Source of the DNA: Terriglobia bacterium
GTDB taxonomy: Bacteria > Acidobacteriota > Terriglobia > 20CM-2-55-15
Direction: 5' to 3'
Assembly: GCA_965198225.1 (NCBI GenBank)
Contig: CBDAOY010000006.1
Location: 352,001 to 416,000 of the forward strand
DNA length: 64,000 nt
Shown: positions 10,288 through 20,444 of the stretch, piece by piece
Numbering within the stretch: the stretch's first letter is position 1
Layout of the letters: the number at the start of each line of letters is the position of its first letter
Made by a program: the position numbers and the translations under genes
Notes under the pieces: generated by a model
Told to the model about the DNA's origin: nothing
Databases searched by the model: none
Seen by the model: only the letters and a program-made list of their open reading frames with translations

Positions 10288-10381
10288 TGCAAGCAGCCTT
10301 CCAAAGGATTCGTTAATACGAATCAACTACTTACGGTTTAGCGGTGCCGGACGGGCTCAAGGATTTGACGGTGAATTGTCA
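10288..10381 (-). promoter_or_regulatory. Putative sigma54 promoter with IHF site and enhancer palindrome
   Basis: Minus strand tGGaaggctgcttGCa (GG-N10-GC) at about 10288-10303; consensus IHF site AATCAActacTTA 10321-10333; ttgacggtgaattgtca 10365-10381. Confidence 0.7.
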
Positions 10382-10478
10382 GTGTTCCGGCTGCGCCTCC
10401 GCTTCCTGGCTCGGGAGGGTTCCGTGTAAAAAGTTGTAACCCGGATAACGGTCTGACCGCACGGAGCGCTGCACTGTT

Positions 10479-10811
10479 CTATGAGTTGCCGGCCGGCTCG
10501 ATCACCGCCGACATAGAACCCATCGACCGGGGAAGGAGCGGATCGGCGCCGTAAGCGTGGATCTGGTCACGCTTCTGCTCCGCCTTCGATAACTCGCAGG
10601 TTATCAGGATAGTGGTGCCCTTGGTATCGACTTCGACGGCGTGGGAAAAAGCCTGGGCTTCGCCGAAGCCAAAGAGCTTCCGGAGCATCTCGACGACGTA
10701 CTCATAGGTATGGTCCTCATCGTTGAGGAGGATGACGTGGTAGAGGCTCTCGAGTTGGTATTCTGTGGACTCTTCGATTTCAGGAACGGCGCTCGTAGAC
10801 GATCCGGGCAT
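10479..10811 (-). CDS. clpS: ATP-dependent Clp protease adaptor ClpS
   Basis: YHVILLNDEDHTYEYVVEML..AVEVDTKG..KAEQK..IEPA. Confidence 0.9.
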   Translation of the reverse strand: MPGSSTSAVPEIEESTEYQLESLYHVILLNDEDHTYEYVVEMLRKLFGFGEAQAFSHAVEVDTKGTTILITCELSKAEQKRDQIHAYGADPLLPRSMGSMSAVIEPAGNS

Positions 10812-10961
10812 GCCACAGTCTAAACTCAAGTAAACAGGGAAGTGAGAGGTTTTTGTGAGCGCTCGATCCACGTTTACATCTCTAATTGCGCGGACTACAA
10901 TTGCCCTTTCCTGAGCAATAGATCGATTTTTTGGGGTTCTTCCCTCGGAGGATTAGAAGTG

Positions 10962-12914
10962 ATGCGCAAGACCGTAAACATCTGTTTATTGGCGACTGTG
11001 ATCGTGCTGTCCGGTTGTGGTTCATCGACGGGACCCGGCGACGACACCTCGTCCACCGTCCTGACGCCGCGGGGACCGGTCTCGATGGACAGAAATGACT
11101 ACCCCGTCTTCCCGGACGCCGATGCCGGTGCCGACCCCTCTGTGTCCGCTGAAGAGGGGGGCGCAGGGTTTACGGGCGAGGGCTGGGACACGAACACCGA
11201 CTTCGATCTGATCGGCGACCCAAGGGCGGTAAAAGGCGGCAGCTTTACGAAGCACGAGATCGACTTCCCCGGCACACTCCGAACCGAAGGCCCCGACGTC
11301 ATCCTGTGGAACCAGCACGTCGAAGGCATGGTATACGAGGGCCTCGTGAGCCTTCACCCGACGACGCTCGAATTCATCCCGTCACTCGCCACCCACTGGC
11401 AGGTATCCGACGACCAGATGACCTACCGTTTCCGGATCAATCCCAACGCCCGTTTCTCGGATGGGGAGCCCGTCACGGCCGAGGATGTCGTCGCCAGCTG
11501 GGAATTCCGCATGGATCCCAACATCCAGGCTCCGATGAACCGTCTCGTCTTCGAGAAGTACGAGCGGCCGATCGCGGAGAGCAAATACCTCGTTCGGGTA
11601 GAAAGCAAGGAACTCAACTGGCGCAACTTCCTCTACATCTCGACGTCGTCGATCATGCCTGCCCACGTCATCCGCACCCTCGAAGACGACGACTACCTGA
11701 CCGATTGGAACTTCAAGATGTTCCCGGGATCCGGTCCCTACATCGTCAACGAAGAGGATGTGGAGCAGGGTAAGTCGGTCACGATCCGGCGGCGTCAGGA
11801 TTACTGGGCCGAGAACCATCGCGCGAACGTCGGCCTGGGCAACTTCGACGAGATTCGGAATGTCATCGTCAGGGACGAAAACCTGGCCTTCGAGATGCTC
11901 AAGCGCGGCGACCTGGACTTCTTTTTCGTCATTCGAGCTCAGATGTGGGTCGAGGAACTGGAGTTCGACCGGATTCAGAGGGGCCTCATTCACAAGAGGA
12001 AGGTCTTCAACCACGATCCGCAAGGGATGGGCGGCCTCGCGATGAACATGCGAAGACCACCGTTTGACGACATCCGCGTCCGGAAGGCGATGAACTACCT
12101 GTACAACCGCGGACAGATGATCGAGAAGCTGTTCTACAACGAATACCTGCCCCAGAATTCCTACTACCCGGGCGGAGTCTACGAAAACGCCGACAACCCC
12201 GAAAACCTGTATGATCCGGAACGGGCGCTGGCCCTGCTTGGGGAAGCAGGTTGGGATTCGAGGGATTCACAGGGACGGCTGGTGAAGAACGGACAACCTC
12301 TGAGCCTCGAGCTGGTCTACTACTCCAACACTCAAGAACCTTATCTGACGGTGTTCCAGGAAGACCTGCGGCGTGTGGGCATCGGTCTCAACCTGCGGCT
12401 GGTGACGTTCGCAACGCTTGTCAAGCTACTGGATGAGAGGCGTTTCGACTTCGTGACGCTCGCCTACAACGGCTTGCTGTTCCCGAACCCGGAAACCTCC
12501 GTTCATTCCAGCCTGGCCGACCAGGAGAATTCCAACAACATCACCGGCATCAAGAACGCCCGGATCGACGACATTCTCGGAGCCTACGACAAGATGTTCG
12601 ATGTCGAAGAGCGCATCGCGGCGATCCAGGAAATCGACGGGCTCATGGCCGACACCTATCCGTTTGTGCTGTCGTGGTATGCCCCTTACCAGCGGTTTGT
12701 GTTCTGGAACAGGTTCGGGACTCCGGAAGGCTACGTTTCCCGAACGGGAGACTACAGCGACCCGATCGCTTTCTGGTGGGTCGAACCCGAGAAGGAGCAG
12801 GCCATCGCAGGAGCCATGCGTGACGAGTCGATCACGCTGGACGTCGGAGAGACAGACAATCGTTACTGGCTGGAGTTCTCCGGAACCGAGGCGGCGACTC
12901 CGAAGGATCAGTGA
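10962..12914 (+). CDS. Peptide ABC transporter substrate-binding lipoprotein (YejA/OppA-like, family 5)
   Basis: Lipobox LSGC; ARFSDGEPVTAEDV, GSGPY, PPFDDIRVRKA. Confidence 0.9.
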   Translation: MRKTVNICLLATVIVLSGCGSSTGPGDDTSSTVLTPRGPVSMDRNDYPVFPDADAGADPSVSAEEGGAGFTGEGWDTNTDFDLIGDPRAVKGGSFTKHEIDFPGTLRTEGPDVILWNQHVEGMVYEGLVSLHPTTLEFIPSLATHWQVSDDQMTYRFRINPNARFSDGEPVTAEDVVASWEFRMDPNIQAPMNRLVFEKYERPIAESKYLVRVESKELNWRNFLYISTSSIMPAHVIRTLEDDDYLTDWNFKMFPGSGPYIVNEEDVEQGKSVTIRRRQDYWAENHRANVGLGNFDEIRNVIVRDENLAFEMLKRGDLDFFFVIRAQMWVEELEFDRIQRGLIHKRKVFNHDPQGMGGLAMNMRRPPFDDIRVRKAMNYLYNRGQMIEKLFYNEYLPQNSYYPGGVYENADNPENLYDPERALALLGEAGWDSRDSQGRLVKNGQPLSLELVYYSNTQEPYLTVFQEDLRRVGIGLNLRLVTFATLVKLLDERRFDFVTLAYNGLLFPNPETSVHSSLADQENSNNITGIKNARIDDILGAYDKMFDVEERIAAIQEIDGLMADTYPFVLSWYAPYQRFVFWNRFGTPEGYVSRTGDYSDPIAFWWVEPEKEQAIAGAMRDESITLDVGETDNRYWLEFSGTEAATPKDQ

Positions 12915-13945
12915 CAAGCTATTTCATCCGACGGTTCCTGCTGATCATCCCGACCTTCCTGGGAATCAGCATGGCCGTGTTCGTCATCACCCACTTCGTC
13001 CCGGGGGGACCGGTCGAGCAACAGGTTCTCCGGTTCAAGATGGCGCTGGCGCAGGAGGGCGGGGCCGGCGGAGCGGCCGGAGGGCTGACAGCCGAGGGTC
13101 TGCCCGAAGGAGCGATCGAGGAGATCCGCCGCTATTACGGCTTCGACAAGCCCGTCCACATCCGGTACGCAAGTTGGTTGTGGAGTGTCCTGCACCTGGA
13201 CCTGGGGCGGTCCTACATCTACCACCAGCCGGTCTGGGACGTCATCAAGACGAGGTTTCCCATCTCGATCTTCCTCGGTCTGACCGGTTTCCTCCTCAGT
13301 TATCTCGTCTGCGTCCCCCTCGGCGTCTTCAAAGCCATCAAGCACGGATCCAGATTCGACTTCGTCAGTTCCTTCAGCGTCTTCCTCGGCTATTCCATCC
13401 CGGGCTGGGCCCTGGGCACGGCCCTGCTGGTCCTGTTCGGCGGCGGGAGCTTCTGGGACCTGTTCCCGCTGGGAGGATTCCGGCCGGACAACTGGGAGTA
13501 CCTCAACTTCGGGGAAAAGATCATCGCCCAGGCTCATCACATGTTTCTGCCCGTTGTCTGCTACATGATCGGGTCGTTCGCGACGCTGACGATCCTGACG
13601 AAGAACGCGCTCATGGAAAACATGGGCCAGGACTACGTGCGAACGGCTTTTGCGAAAGGACTGCGAGAGAGGCGTGTCATCTTCGTTCACGCGCTGCGGA
13701 ACTCGATGATCCCACTCGCTACGGGTCTGGGCCATTTCATCAGCCTGATTCTGGCCGGATCGTTCCTGATCGAGAAGGTCTTCAACATCGACGGTATGGG
13801 CTACCTGGGGTACACGTCGGTCTTGCAGAGGGACTATCCCGTCGCGCTCGGCATCATCATGATCAGCAGCGTCCTGATGCTGGTCGGCAACATTCTTTCC
13901 GACATGATCTACGTCGTCGTCGACCCGAGGATTCGTTTCAAATGA
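12911..13945 (+). CDS. Peptide ABC transporter permease (YejB/OppB-like)
   Basis: FVPGGPVEQ, YVRTAFAKGL..HALRN EAA loop, C-terminal VDPRIRF. Confidence 0.92.
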   Translation: MTSYFIRRFLLIIPTFLGISMAVFVITHFVPGGPVEQQVLRFKMALAQEGGAGGAAGGLTAEGLPEGAIEEIRRYYGFDKPVHIRYASWLWSVLHLDLGRSYIYHQPVWDVIKTRFPISIFLGLTGFLLSYLVCVPLGVFKAIKHGSRFDFVSSFSVFLGYSIPGWALGTALLVLFGGGSFWDLFPLGGFRPDNWEYLNFGEKIIAQAHHMFLPVVCYMIGSFATLTILTKNALMENMGQDYVRTAFAKGLRERRVIFVHALRNSMIPLATGLGHFISLILAGSFLIEKVFNIDGMGYLGYTSVLQRDYPVALGIIMISSVLMLVGNILSDMIYVVVDPRIRFK

Positions 13946-13988
13946 TCAACCTAGATCGGGGGGCAAAGGTGCCGACCCGTGAATGTAG

Positions 13989-15128
13989 ATGGCAGTAGGG
14001 GAAGAAGAACTGAGGGAGGTCCTGACCGAGCCCTCGTCCGAGCAGCCGGAAGAGCCGAAGCGATCCGTTTCGATATTCAGGAAGCGGTGGCACAAGTTTC
14101 GAACTCTGAAACGCGGGTACTATTCCTTCCTCATCGTCGTCGCAGCGTACCTGATCTCGTTCATCCTACCGATCCTGATTAACAACAAGCCCCTGGCGCT
14201 GAAGTTTAACGGCGAGTACCACTTCCCGATCCGAACCTACGTCGATGCTTCGGAGTTCGATCCCGACTCGTTCGGTGAGCCCGACTACCGGGCGCTCAGG
14301 GAAAGGTTCGCCTCGGAGGGCGAGGGCAACTGGGTCTTGATGCCGCCCTTCCCCTACAGCCCGAACGAAAACCTTCTCGATATGGAAGGAGTGCCGCCGC
14401 ACTCTCCGTCAGCGGAGCATCCCTTCGGAACGGACAACAGGGCAAGGGACATCCTCGCCAGGCTGGCTTACGGGTTCAATATCTCACTGTCCTTCGCCCT
14501 GCTCGTTCTGGTGTTCAGCTACGTGGCCGGAATCGTCGTCGGGGCCTCGATCGGCTACTTCGGAGGAAAGCTCGATATCCTGGGCCAACGCGCCATCGAG
14601 ATCTGGTCGTCCCTACCCTTCCTGTACATGATCATCATCGTGAGTTCGATCATCGTCCCAACATATATTCAGGGGCGGAATCAGCTGCTGCAACCCTCGT
14701 TCTGGCTTCTGATCATCATCCTTTCGGCATTCGGGTGGATGGGAATCACCTACTACGTGCGCGGAGAGTTTTACAGGGAGAAAGCAAAGGACTACATCGG
14801 CGCGGCTATCGCCATGGGCGCTTCCGAACGCGCGATCATGTTCAGGCATATCCTTCCGAACGCGCTTACCCCGGTCGTCTCTTTTGCGCCGTTCGCCATC
14901 GTCGGCAACATCTCGGCTCTCGTCGCCCTGGACTTTCTCGGTTTCGGCCTGCCTGCGCCCACACCAAGCTGGGGGGAGCTGATCGGACAGGGAACGCAGT
15001 ATCTGACGAAGTGGTGGCTGGTCTTCTTCCCTCTCGGCGCGGTCTTTCTGACTCTTCTCCTGATCGTCTTCATCGGCGAAGCCATACGCCAAGCTTTCGA
15101 TCCGAAGGAGTATTCGAGGCTGCGGTAG
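13989..15128 (+). CDS. Peptide ABC transporter permease (YejE/OppC-like)
   Basis: HPFGTD..RDILARLAYG, RHILPN, LDFLGFGLP..SWGEL, AFDPK. Confidence 0.92.
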   Translation: MAVGEEELREVLTEPSSEQPEEPKRSVSIFRKRWHKFRTLKRGYYSFLIVVAAYLISFILPILINNKPLALKFNGEYHFPIRTYVDASEFDPDSFGEPDYRALRERFASEGEGNWVLMPPFPYSPNENLLDMEGVPPHSPSAEHPFGTDNRARDILARLAYGFNISLSFALLVLVFSYVAGIVVGASIGYFGGKLDILGQRAIEIWSSLPFLYMIIIVSSIIVPTYIQGRNQLLQPSFWLLIIILSAFGWMGITYYVRGEFYREKAKDYIGAAIAMGASERAIMFRHILPNALTPVVSFAPFAIVGNISALVALDFLGFGLPAPTPSWGELIGQGTQYLTKWWLVFFPLGAVFLTLLLIVFIGEAIRQAFDPKEYSRLR

Positions 15129-15169
15129 CCCCCGCCTGTCGGTCTCTATCACGTAAGAACGGAATTTGA

Positions 15170-16153
15170 ATGGCTGAAAAACTCGTGGAAATCCAGGGCC
15201 TCAAAACCTACTTCAGAACCGAAGCAGGCATCGCCAAAGCCGTCGACGGCGTGGATCTGAACATATTCAAGGGCGAGGTCGTGGGCCTGGTCGGCGAATC
15301 CGGATCGGGGAAGAGCGTCACGGCGCTGAGCATCCTCCGATTGATCCCGAACCCTCCCGGGGAGATCGTGGACGGATCCATCCTCTATAAAGGACAGAAC
15401 CTACTCGAGCTCTCGTGGGAGGAGATCCGCAAGATTCGCGGGAACGAAATCAGCATGATCTTCCAGGAGCCGATGACGTCGCTCAACCCGGTGTTTACGA
15501 TTGGGATGCAGTTGATGGAGATCATCCTCGAGCACGAGAAGTGCTCAAAGAAAGAGGCTTTCGATCGCTCCGTCGAGATGCTCAAGCTGGTCGGAATCCC
15601 GGAGCCGGCCTCACGGATGGGGGCCTACCCCCAGCATTTTTCCGGGGGCATGCGCCAGCGGGTGATGATTGCGATCGCGCTTGCATGTAATCCATCGCTG
15701 TTGATCGCCGACGAACCCACCACGGCGCTGGATGTCACGATCCAGGCGCAAATCCTGGAGTTGATGTTCCAGATCAAGGAAAAGCGCAAGGACGCGGCGA
15801 TACTCCTCATCACGCACAACCTGGGAGTCGTAGCGGAAACCTGCGACCGCGTCGCCGTGATGTATGGGGGTAAGATGCAGGAGATCGGGTCCGCTGAGGA
15901 AATCTTCAACAACCCGCAACACCCCTACACGCGCGGCCTGCTGGCGTCACTCCCGCAGGTCGAGGGAGAGAAACACGATCGGCTGCGCACGATACCGGGC
16001 AACGTCCCGAACATCCACGAATTACCGATCGGCTGCAAGTTCGCCACCCGATGTGAAGAGAAACTCGAACGATGCGACCTGATCGAGCCGGACTTTCATC
16101 AAGTCGCGCCAAACCACCGGTCCCGCTGCCATCTGGTGGAAAGTGGTCAGTGA
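15170..16153 (+). CDS. oppD: Oligopeptide ABC transporter ATP-binding protein (OppD-like)
   Basis: [27 protein letters not shown]-terminal HPYT and Cys motif. Confidence 0.9.
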   Translation: MAEKLVEIQGLKTYFRTEAGIAKAVDGVDLNIFKGEVVGLVGESGSGKSVTALSILRLIPNPPGEIVDGSILYKGQNLLELSWEEIRKIRGNEISMIFQEPMTSLNPVFTIGMQLMEIILEHEKCSKKEAFDRSVEMLKLVGIPEPASRMGAYPQHFSGGMRQRVMIAIALACNPSLLIADEPTTALDVTIQAQILELMFQIKEKRKDAAILLITHNLGVVAETCDRVAVMYGGKMQEIGSAEEIFNNPQHPYTRGLLASLPQVEGEKHDRLRTIPGNVPNIHELPIGCKFATRCEEKLERCDLIEPDFHQVAPNHRSRCHLVESGQ

Positions 16154-16191
16154 TCAGTGTTCAGTCAGACCAACGTGACCGAGAGAGAGAT

Positions 16192-16260
16192 GTAAGTGCG
16201 CTCTATGAGCGCACAAATTCTTGCTGAACCATCAGTTGTGCGGTCATAGACCGCACCTAC
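16192..16260. repeat. GTAG-family REP doublet (REPIN)
   Basis: gtaagtgcgctctatgagcgcac ... gtgcggtcatagaccgcacctac in inverted orientation. Confidence 0.85.
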
Positions 16261-16299
16261 ACGGCCTCATCGAAGCGGATTGCGGATGCGCACAGACTA

Positions 16300-17289
16300 A
16301 TGGAAAAGATTCTCGAACTGAAAAACCTGAAAGTGCTCTTCCCCATATTCGGCGGGGTCTTGCTGCGGAAGCGGGCGGCGGTCCGGGCCGTCGACGGGGT
16401 CAGCCTGGATCTTTATAAGGGAGAGACACTGGGTCTGGTCGGCGAGTCCGGTTGCGGCAAGAGCACCGTCGGGCGGGCGATCGTCAACATCCTGCGAGCG
16501 ATGAGCCACGGCGTGGAGGTGTCGGGCGAGATTCTCTACCATTCCCCTGACGGGGTCGTCGACCTCAATTCCCTGAACCGATCCGACATGCGGCCGCTGC
16601 GGTCCGACATCCAGATGATATTCCAGGACCCGTATTCGTCCCTGAACCCCCGAATGACCGTCAGCCAGATCGTCGAGGAGCCGTTGAAGATCCACACCCG
16701 CTCGACCGCCGCCGGACGCAAGGAGCATGTCCTCCGGCTTCTCGACAAGGTGGGTCTAACCCACGAGCAGGCCAGCCGCTACCCTCACGAGTTCTCGGGC
16801 GGTCAACGGCAGCGCATCGGCATCGCCCGCGCTCTCTCCACCCACCCGAAAATCATCATCGCCGATGAGCCCGTGAGTGCTCTCGATGTGTCCATCCAGG
16901 CTCAGGTGATCAACCTGATGCAGGACCTGCAGAAGGAATTCGATCTCTCTTACATCTTCATCGCCCACGACCTGTCGGTGGTGCGGCACATTTCCGACCG
17001 TATCGCGGTGATGTACCTGGGAAACATTGTCGAGCTCGGCCCTGCCGACAAGGTGTACACCGACCCGAAGCATCCATACTCGAGCGCGCTGCTTTCGGCG
17101 GTACCCCGACCGGTTCCAGGACGGGTCCACGAACGCATCAGGCTCGTCGGCGACGTCCCGAACCCGATCAACAAACCTTCCGGGTGCAGCTTTCACACCC
17201 GCTGCCCCATCGCACAAGAGTCTTGCTCGGCCGAGGTTCCTGCCCTTCAGGCAAAAAACGGCCGATCGGTAGCCTGTCCCCTGGTCTAG
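16300..17289 (+). CDS. oppF: Oligopeptide ABC transporter ATP-binding protein (OppF-like)
   Basis: GESGCGKS, FQDPYSSLNPR, FSGGQRQR, DEPVSALD. Confidence 0.9.
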   Translation: MEKILELKNLKVLFPIFGGVLLRKRAAVRAVDGVSLDLYKGETLGLVGESGCGKSTVGRAIVNILRAMSHGVEVSGEILYHSPDGVVDLNSLNRSDMRPLRSDIQMIFQDPYSSLNPRMTVSQIVEEPLKIHTRSTAAGRKEHVLRLLDKVGLTHEQASRYPHEFSGGQRQRIGIARALSTHPKIIIADEPVSALDVSIQAQVINLMQDLQKEFDLSYIFIAHDLSVVRHISDRIAVMYLGNIVELGPADKVYTDPKHPYSSALLSAVPRPVPGRVHERIRLVGDVPNPINKPSGCSFHTRCPIAQESCSAEVPALQAKNGRSVACPLV

Positions 17290-17561
17290 TGTCCTGAGTT
17301 AGAAGTACGTTCACTATCTCCGATGGATGTTGCCACTCGCTGGGTGGACGTTGAACCGGTCGACAACGGTCGTATGCACGCTGCCGGCTCTGCCCTTGCA
17401 ACCGGCAACTTCCATCGGCCCTGCGGGTTCGGGCGGAACGGCGCCGTCTTTGGAGTCGCTCCTCCTCGCAATGAATGAGCATTGGCTCGTCGTCGCTCCG
17501 CCAAATCCAGCGTCGTTGCGCTCCGAAATATAGCAAACGTACTTCTAACTCAGGACACTCG
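17286..17561. mobile_element. ~276-bp MITE-like element (family A, copy 2)
   Basis: TIRs agtgtcctgagttagaagtacgtt / aacgtacttctaactcaggacact; CTAG on the left includes the oppF stop; internal module shared with copies 1 and 3. Confidence 0.8.
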
Positions 17562-17728
17562 CAACTCGCTTTCTTCCGCCTTCAGGCGGCTTTCGCAAAG
17601 CTCCAGGTTTGGTGCTCCGGAAACGCCCAATAAGGGATGGAGTTGTATGCTGGTTTTCTGGTAGACTTCTCCGTTGATTCTGCACAGGACGTAAACTTTC
17701 TGTTCTTAATAGCTTAGGAGGAATTGAC

Positions 17729-18571
17729 ATGGCCGACGGAAGCGGGAACGGCCGGGTCACGGTGGCGGGAGCGGTCCTAGGCGGCATGCTCCTGATTTTG
17801 ATCGTGGTTTCGCTCTGGCTTTTCACGAGCGACCGCTATTGGTTCACCCCATTGGCTTCAGCTGAAGGCGGCGCGATCGATCGAATTTTCGTGATCGTCT
17901 TGGTCGTGACCGGGATTGCCTTTGTGCTCGTCCAGGGCGTGATGGCCTATTTCGTGGTGCGATTCGGAGAGAGGGGGGAGGAGAAAGCCACCTACTGGCA
18001 CGACCACCCGAAGGGTGAAGCCATACTGATCGGGATCACGGCGATCACGCTGACCGTCCTGGTTTTCCTGGGCCAGAGCGTCTGGGCTGATATTTTCTTC
18101 GCGGACCCGCCCGAGGACGCGATGATCGTCCAGGTCACGGGCCAGCAGTTTCAGTGGGTCATCCACTACCCCGGCCCCGACGGTGTCTTCGGAAACCGGG
18201 ATCTCACCCGGGTGACGGCCACCAATTACATCGGGTTGGACCGCAGCGATCCGGCCGCGGTGGACGACATCATGACGCTGAACCAGATGCATGCCATCAA
18301 AGACCAGCCTGTGCGGGTGAGAGTCGGTTCGACCGACGTCATCCACAACTTTCACATCCCGCAGATGCGGGTCAAGCAGGACGCGGTGCCCGGGATGGTG
18401 ATCGAGTTATGGTTCACTCCGATCGAATCGGGGGAATACGAAATCGCGTGCGCCGAACTGTGCGGCCTCGGTCACTACCGTATGAAGGGCTTCCTGACGG
18501 TAGACGAGACCGAAGAAGAGTTCCAGCAGTGGCTCGAGGAACAGATCGAGTTCCAGCCGGCTGACGATTAG
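17729..18571 (+). CDS. coxB: Cytochrome c oxidase subunit II
   Basis: CuA motifs DVIHNF and CAELCGLGHYRM; SD aggagg. Confidence 0.95.
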   Translation: MADGSGNGRVTVAGAVLGGMLLILIVVSLWLFTSDRYWFTPLASAEGGAIDRIFVIVLVVTGIAFVLVQGVMAYFVVRFGERGEEKATYWHDHPKGEAILIGITAITLTVLVFLGQSVWADIFFADPPEDAMIVQVTGQQFQWVIHYPGPDGVFGNRDLTRVTATNYIGLDRSDPAAVDDIMTLNQMHAIKDQPVRVRVGSTDVIHNFHIPQMRVKQDAVPGMVIELWFTPIESGEYEIACAELCGLGHYRMKGFLTVDETEEEFQQWLEEQIEFQPADD

Positions 18572-18582
18572 GGATCAATTCA

Positions 18583-20373
18583 ATGAGTACAACCGTAGAA
18601 CATGCCCATCCCGAACTGGGCTTCTTGCGCAAATACATCTTCAGCACGGATCACAAGATCATCGCGATCCAGTACATCGTAACGGCGATGTTCATGGCGC
18701 TCATCGGCGGCGCGCTCTCGATGATGATGCGGTTACAGCTGGCCTGGCCGACACCGACCGGCCGGGGACCGATTGTCACCGCGGTCTGGTCCTTTCTGGG
18801 GTCGATCTTTCCCAACGCCGTGCCAGGCGGTGTCATGGTGCCGGAGTTCTACCTGTCGCTGGTCACGATGCACGGGACCATCATGGTGTTCTTCCTGTTC
18901 ACTGCGATTCTGACCGGAGGATTTGGCAATTTCCTCATCCCGCTCCAGATCGGAGCCCGGGACATGGCGTTCCCGTTCCTGAACGCCCTTTCCTACTGGG
19001 TGTTTCTGGTGTCGTGCGTCGTCATCCTGGGAGCGCTGTTCGCGACGGGCGGCGCGCCGCTTGGAGGCTGGACGGCCTATGCCCCTCTCAGTGCGATCCC
19101 CGAAGCCGGTCCGGGACAGGCCCTGGGAATGACGCTGTGGATTGTGGCGATCGCGCTATTTGCCGCATCGGGACTCATGGGCGGGCTGAACTATGTCACC
19201 ACTCTGCTGACCATGCGGACCAGGGGCATGTCCATGATGCGGCTGCCCCTGACACAGTGGGCCATCTTCATCACCGCCGTGCTGGGTATCCTGGCATTCC
19301 CGGTGCTGCTCGCCGCCGGAATCCTGCTCCTGGCAGACCGACTGGGCGGCACGAGCTTCTTCGTGCCCGGCGGTATCGTCCTGAACGAGCAGTTGATCGA
19401 GCACACCGGCGGCCACCCGCTGCTGTGGCAGCACCTGTTCTGGTTCTTCGGCCATCCCGAGGTCTACATCGTCGTCCTGCCCGCGATGGGCATCGCCTCG
19501 GATGTCTTGGCGACCTTCTGCCGAAAGCCCATCTTCAGCTACCGGATGATGGTCTATTCGATGAGCGCCATCGCGTTTCTGAGCTTCATCGTGTGGGGCC
19601 ACCATATGTTCCTGAGCGGCATGAGCCCGGTGATGGGCTCGCTGTTCACGCTGACCACCCTGTTGATCGCTGTTCCCTCCGCGGTGAAGACGTTCAACTG
19701 GCTCGGTACCCTCTGGGGGGCCCGAATACGGTTTACCACGCCGATGCTGTTCGCGCTGGGGTTTGTGTCGACGTTCGTCAGCGGCGGCTTGAGCGGTATC
19801 TTCCTTGGGACGTCCGCCGCGGACATCGCGATGCACGACACCTATTTCGTGGTCGGGCACTTCCATCTCGTGATGGCGGTCGCGCCGCTGTTTGCGGGCT
19901 TTGCGGGCATCTACTTCTGGTTCCCGAAAATGTTCGGACGGATGATGAACAACACGCTGGGGAAGATTCACTTCTGGATCAGCTTTGTCGGCGTGAACTG
20001 CATCTTCCACACCATGCACAGCATGGGAATCGTGGGCCATCTGCGGCGTATATACGACCCGCTCCAGTATGAGTTCCTGGCGCCGGTCGCGGGTATGAAC
20101 ACGTTCGTGTCGGTTGCCGCATTCATCACCGGCGCAGCCCAACTGTTGTTCATCGCGAACTTCCTGATGAGCATCTGGGCCGGGAAGAAAGCCGGGAAGA
20201 ACCCGTGGCAGGCGACGACGCTGGAATGGACCGTTCCTTCTCCACCGGGACACGGAAACTTCCCGGCCGAGCTTCCGACGGTGCACCGCTGGGCATTCGA
20301 CTACAGCCTGCCGGAAGCGGCCGAGGACTTCGTGATGCAGGATCAGCCCTCGACTTCCGCAAGGTCGGGGTAG
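18583..20373 (+). CDS. coxA: Cytochrome c oxidase subunit I (A1 type)
   Basis: TDHK, TMHGTIM, WFFGHPEVY, WGHHM, HDTYFVVGHFH, RR. Confidence 0.97.
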   Translation: MSTTVEHAHPELGFLRKYIFSTDHKIIAIQYIVTAMFMALIGGALSMMMRLQLAWPTPTGRGPIVTAVWSFLGSIFPNAVPGGVMVPEFYLSLVTMHGTIMVFFLFTAILTGGFGNFLIPLQIGARDMAFPFLNALSYWVFLVSCVVILGALFATGGAPLGGWTAYAPLSAIPEAGPGQALGMTLWIVAIALFAASGLMGGLNYVTTLLTMRTRGMSMMRLPLTQWAIFITAVLGILAFPVLLAAGILLLADRLGGTSFFVPGGIVLNEQLIEHTGGHPLLWQHLFWFFGHPEVYIVVLPAMGIASDVLATFCRKPIFSYRMMVYSMSAIAFLSFIVWGHHMFLSGMSPVMGSLFTLTTLLIAVPSAVKTFNWLGTLWGARIRFTTPMLFALGFVSTFVSGGLSGIFLGTSAADIAMHDTYFVVGHFHLVMAVAPLFAGFAGIYFWFPKMFGRMMNNTLGKIHFWISFVGVNCIFHTMHSMGIVGHLRRIYDPLQYEFLAPVAGMNTFVSVAAFITGAAQLLFIANFLMSIWAGKKAGKNPWQATTLEWTVPSPPGHGNFPAELPTVHRWAFDYSLPEAAEDFVMQDQPSTSARSG

Positions 20374-20444
20374 TGGTACGACAAATGTTATAACGACGGA
20401 TAGAGCGGCGAGAGCCTCCCGTCGCAGTTCCGTGAAGTTATTTT

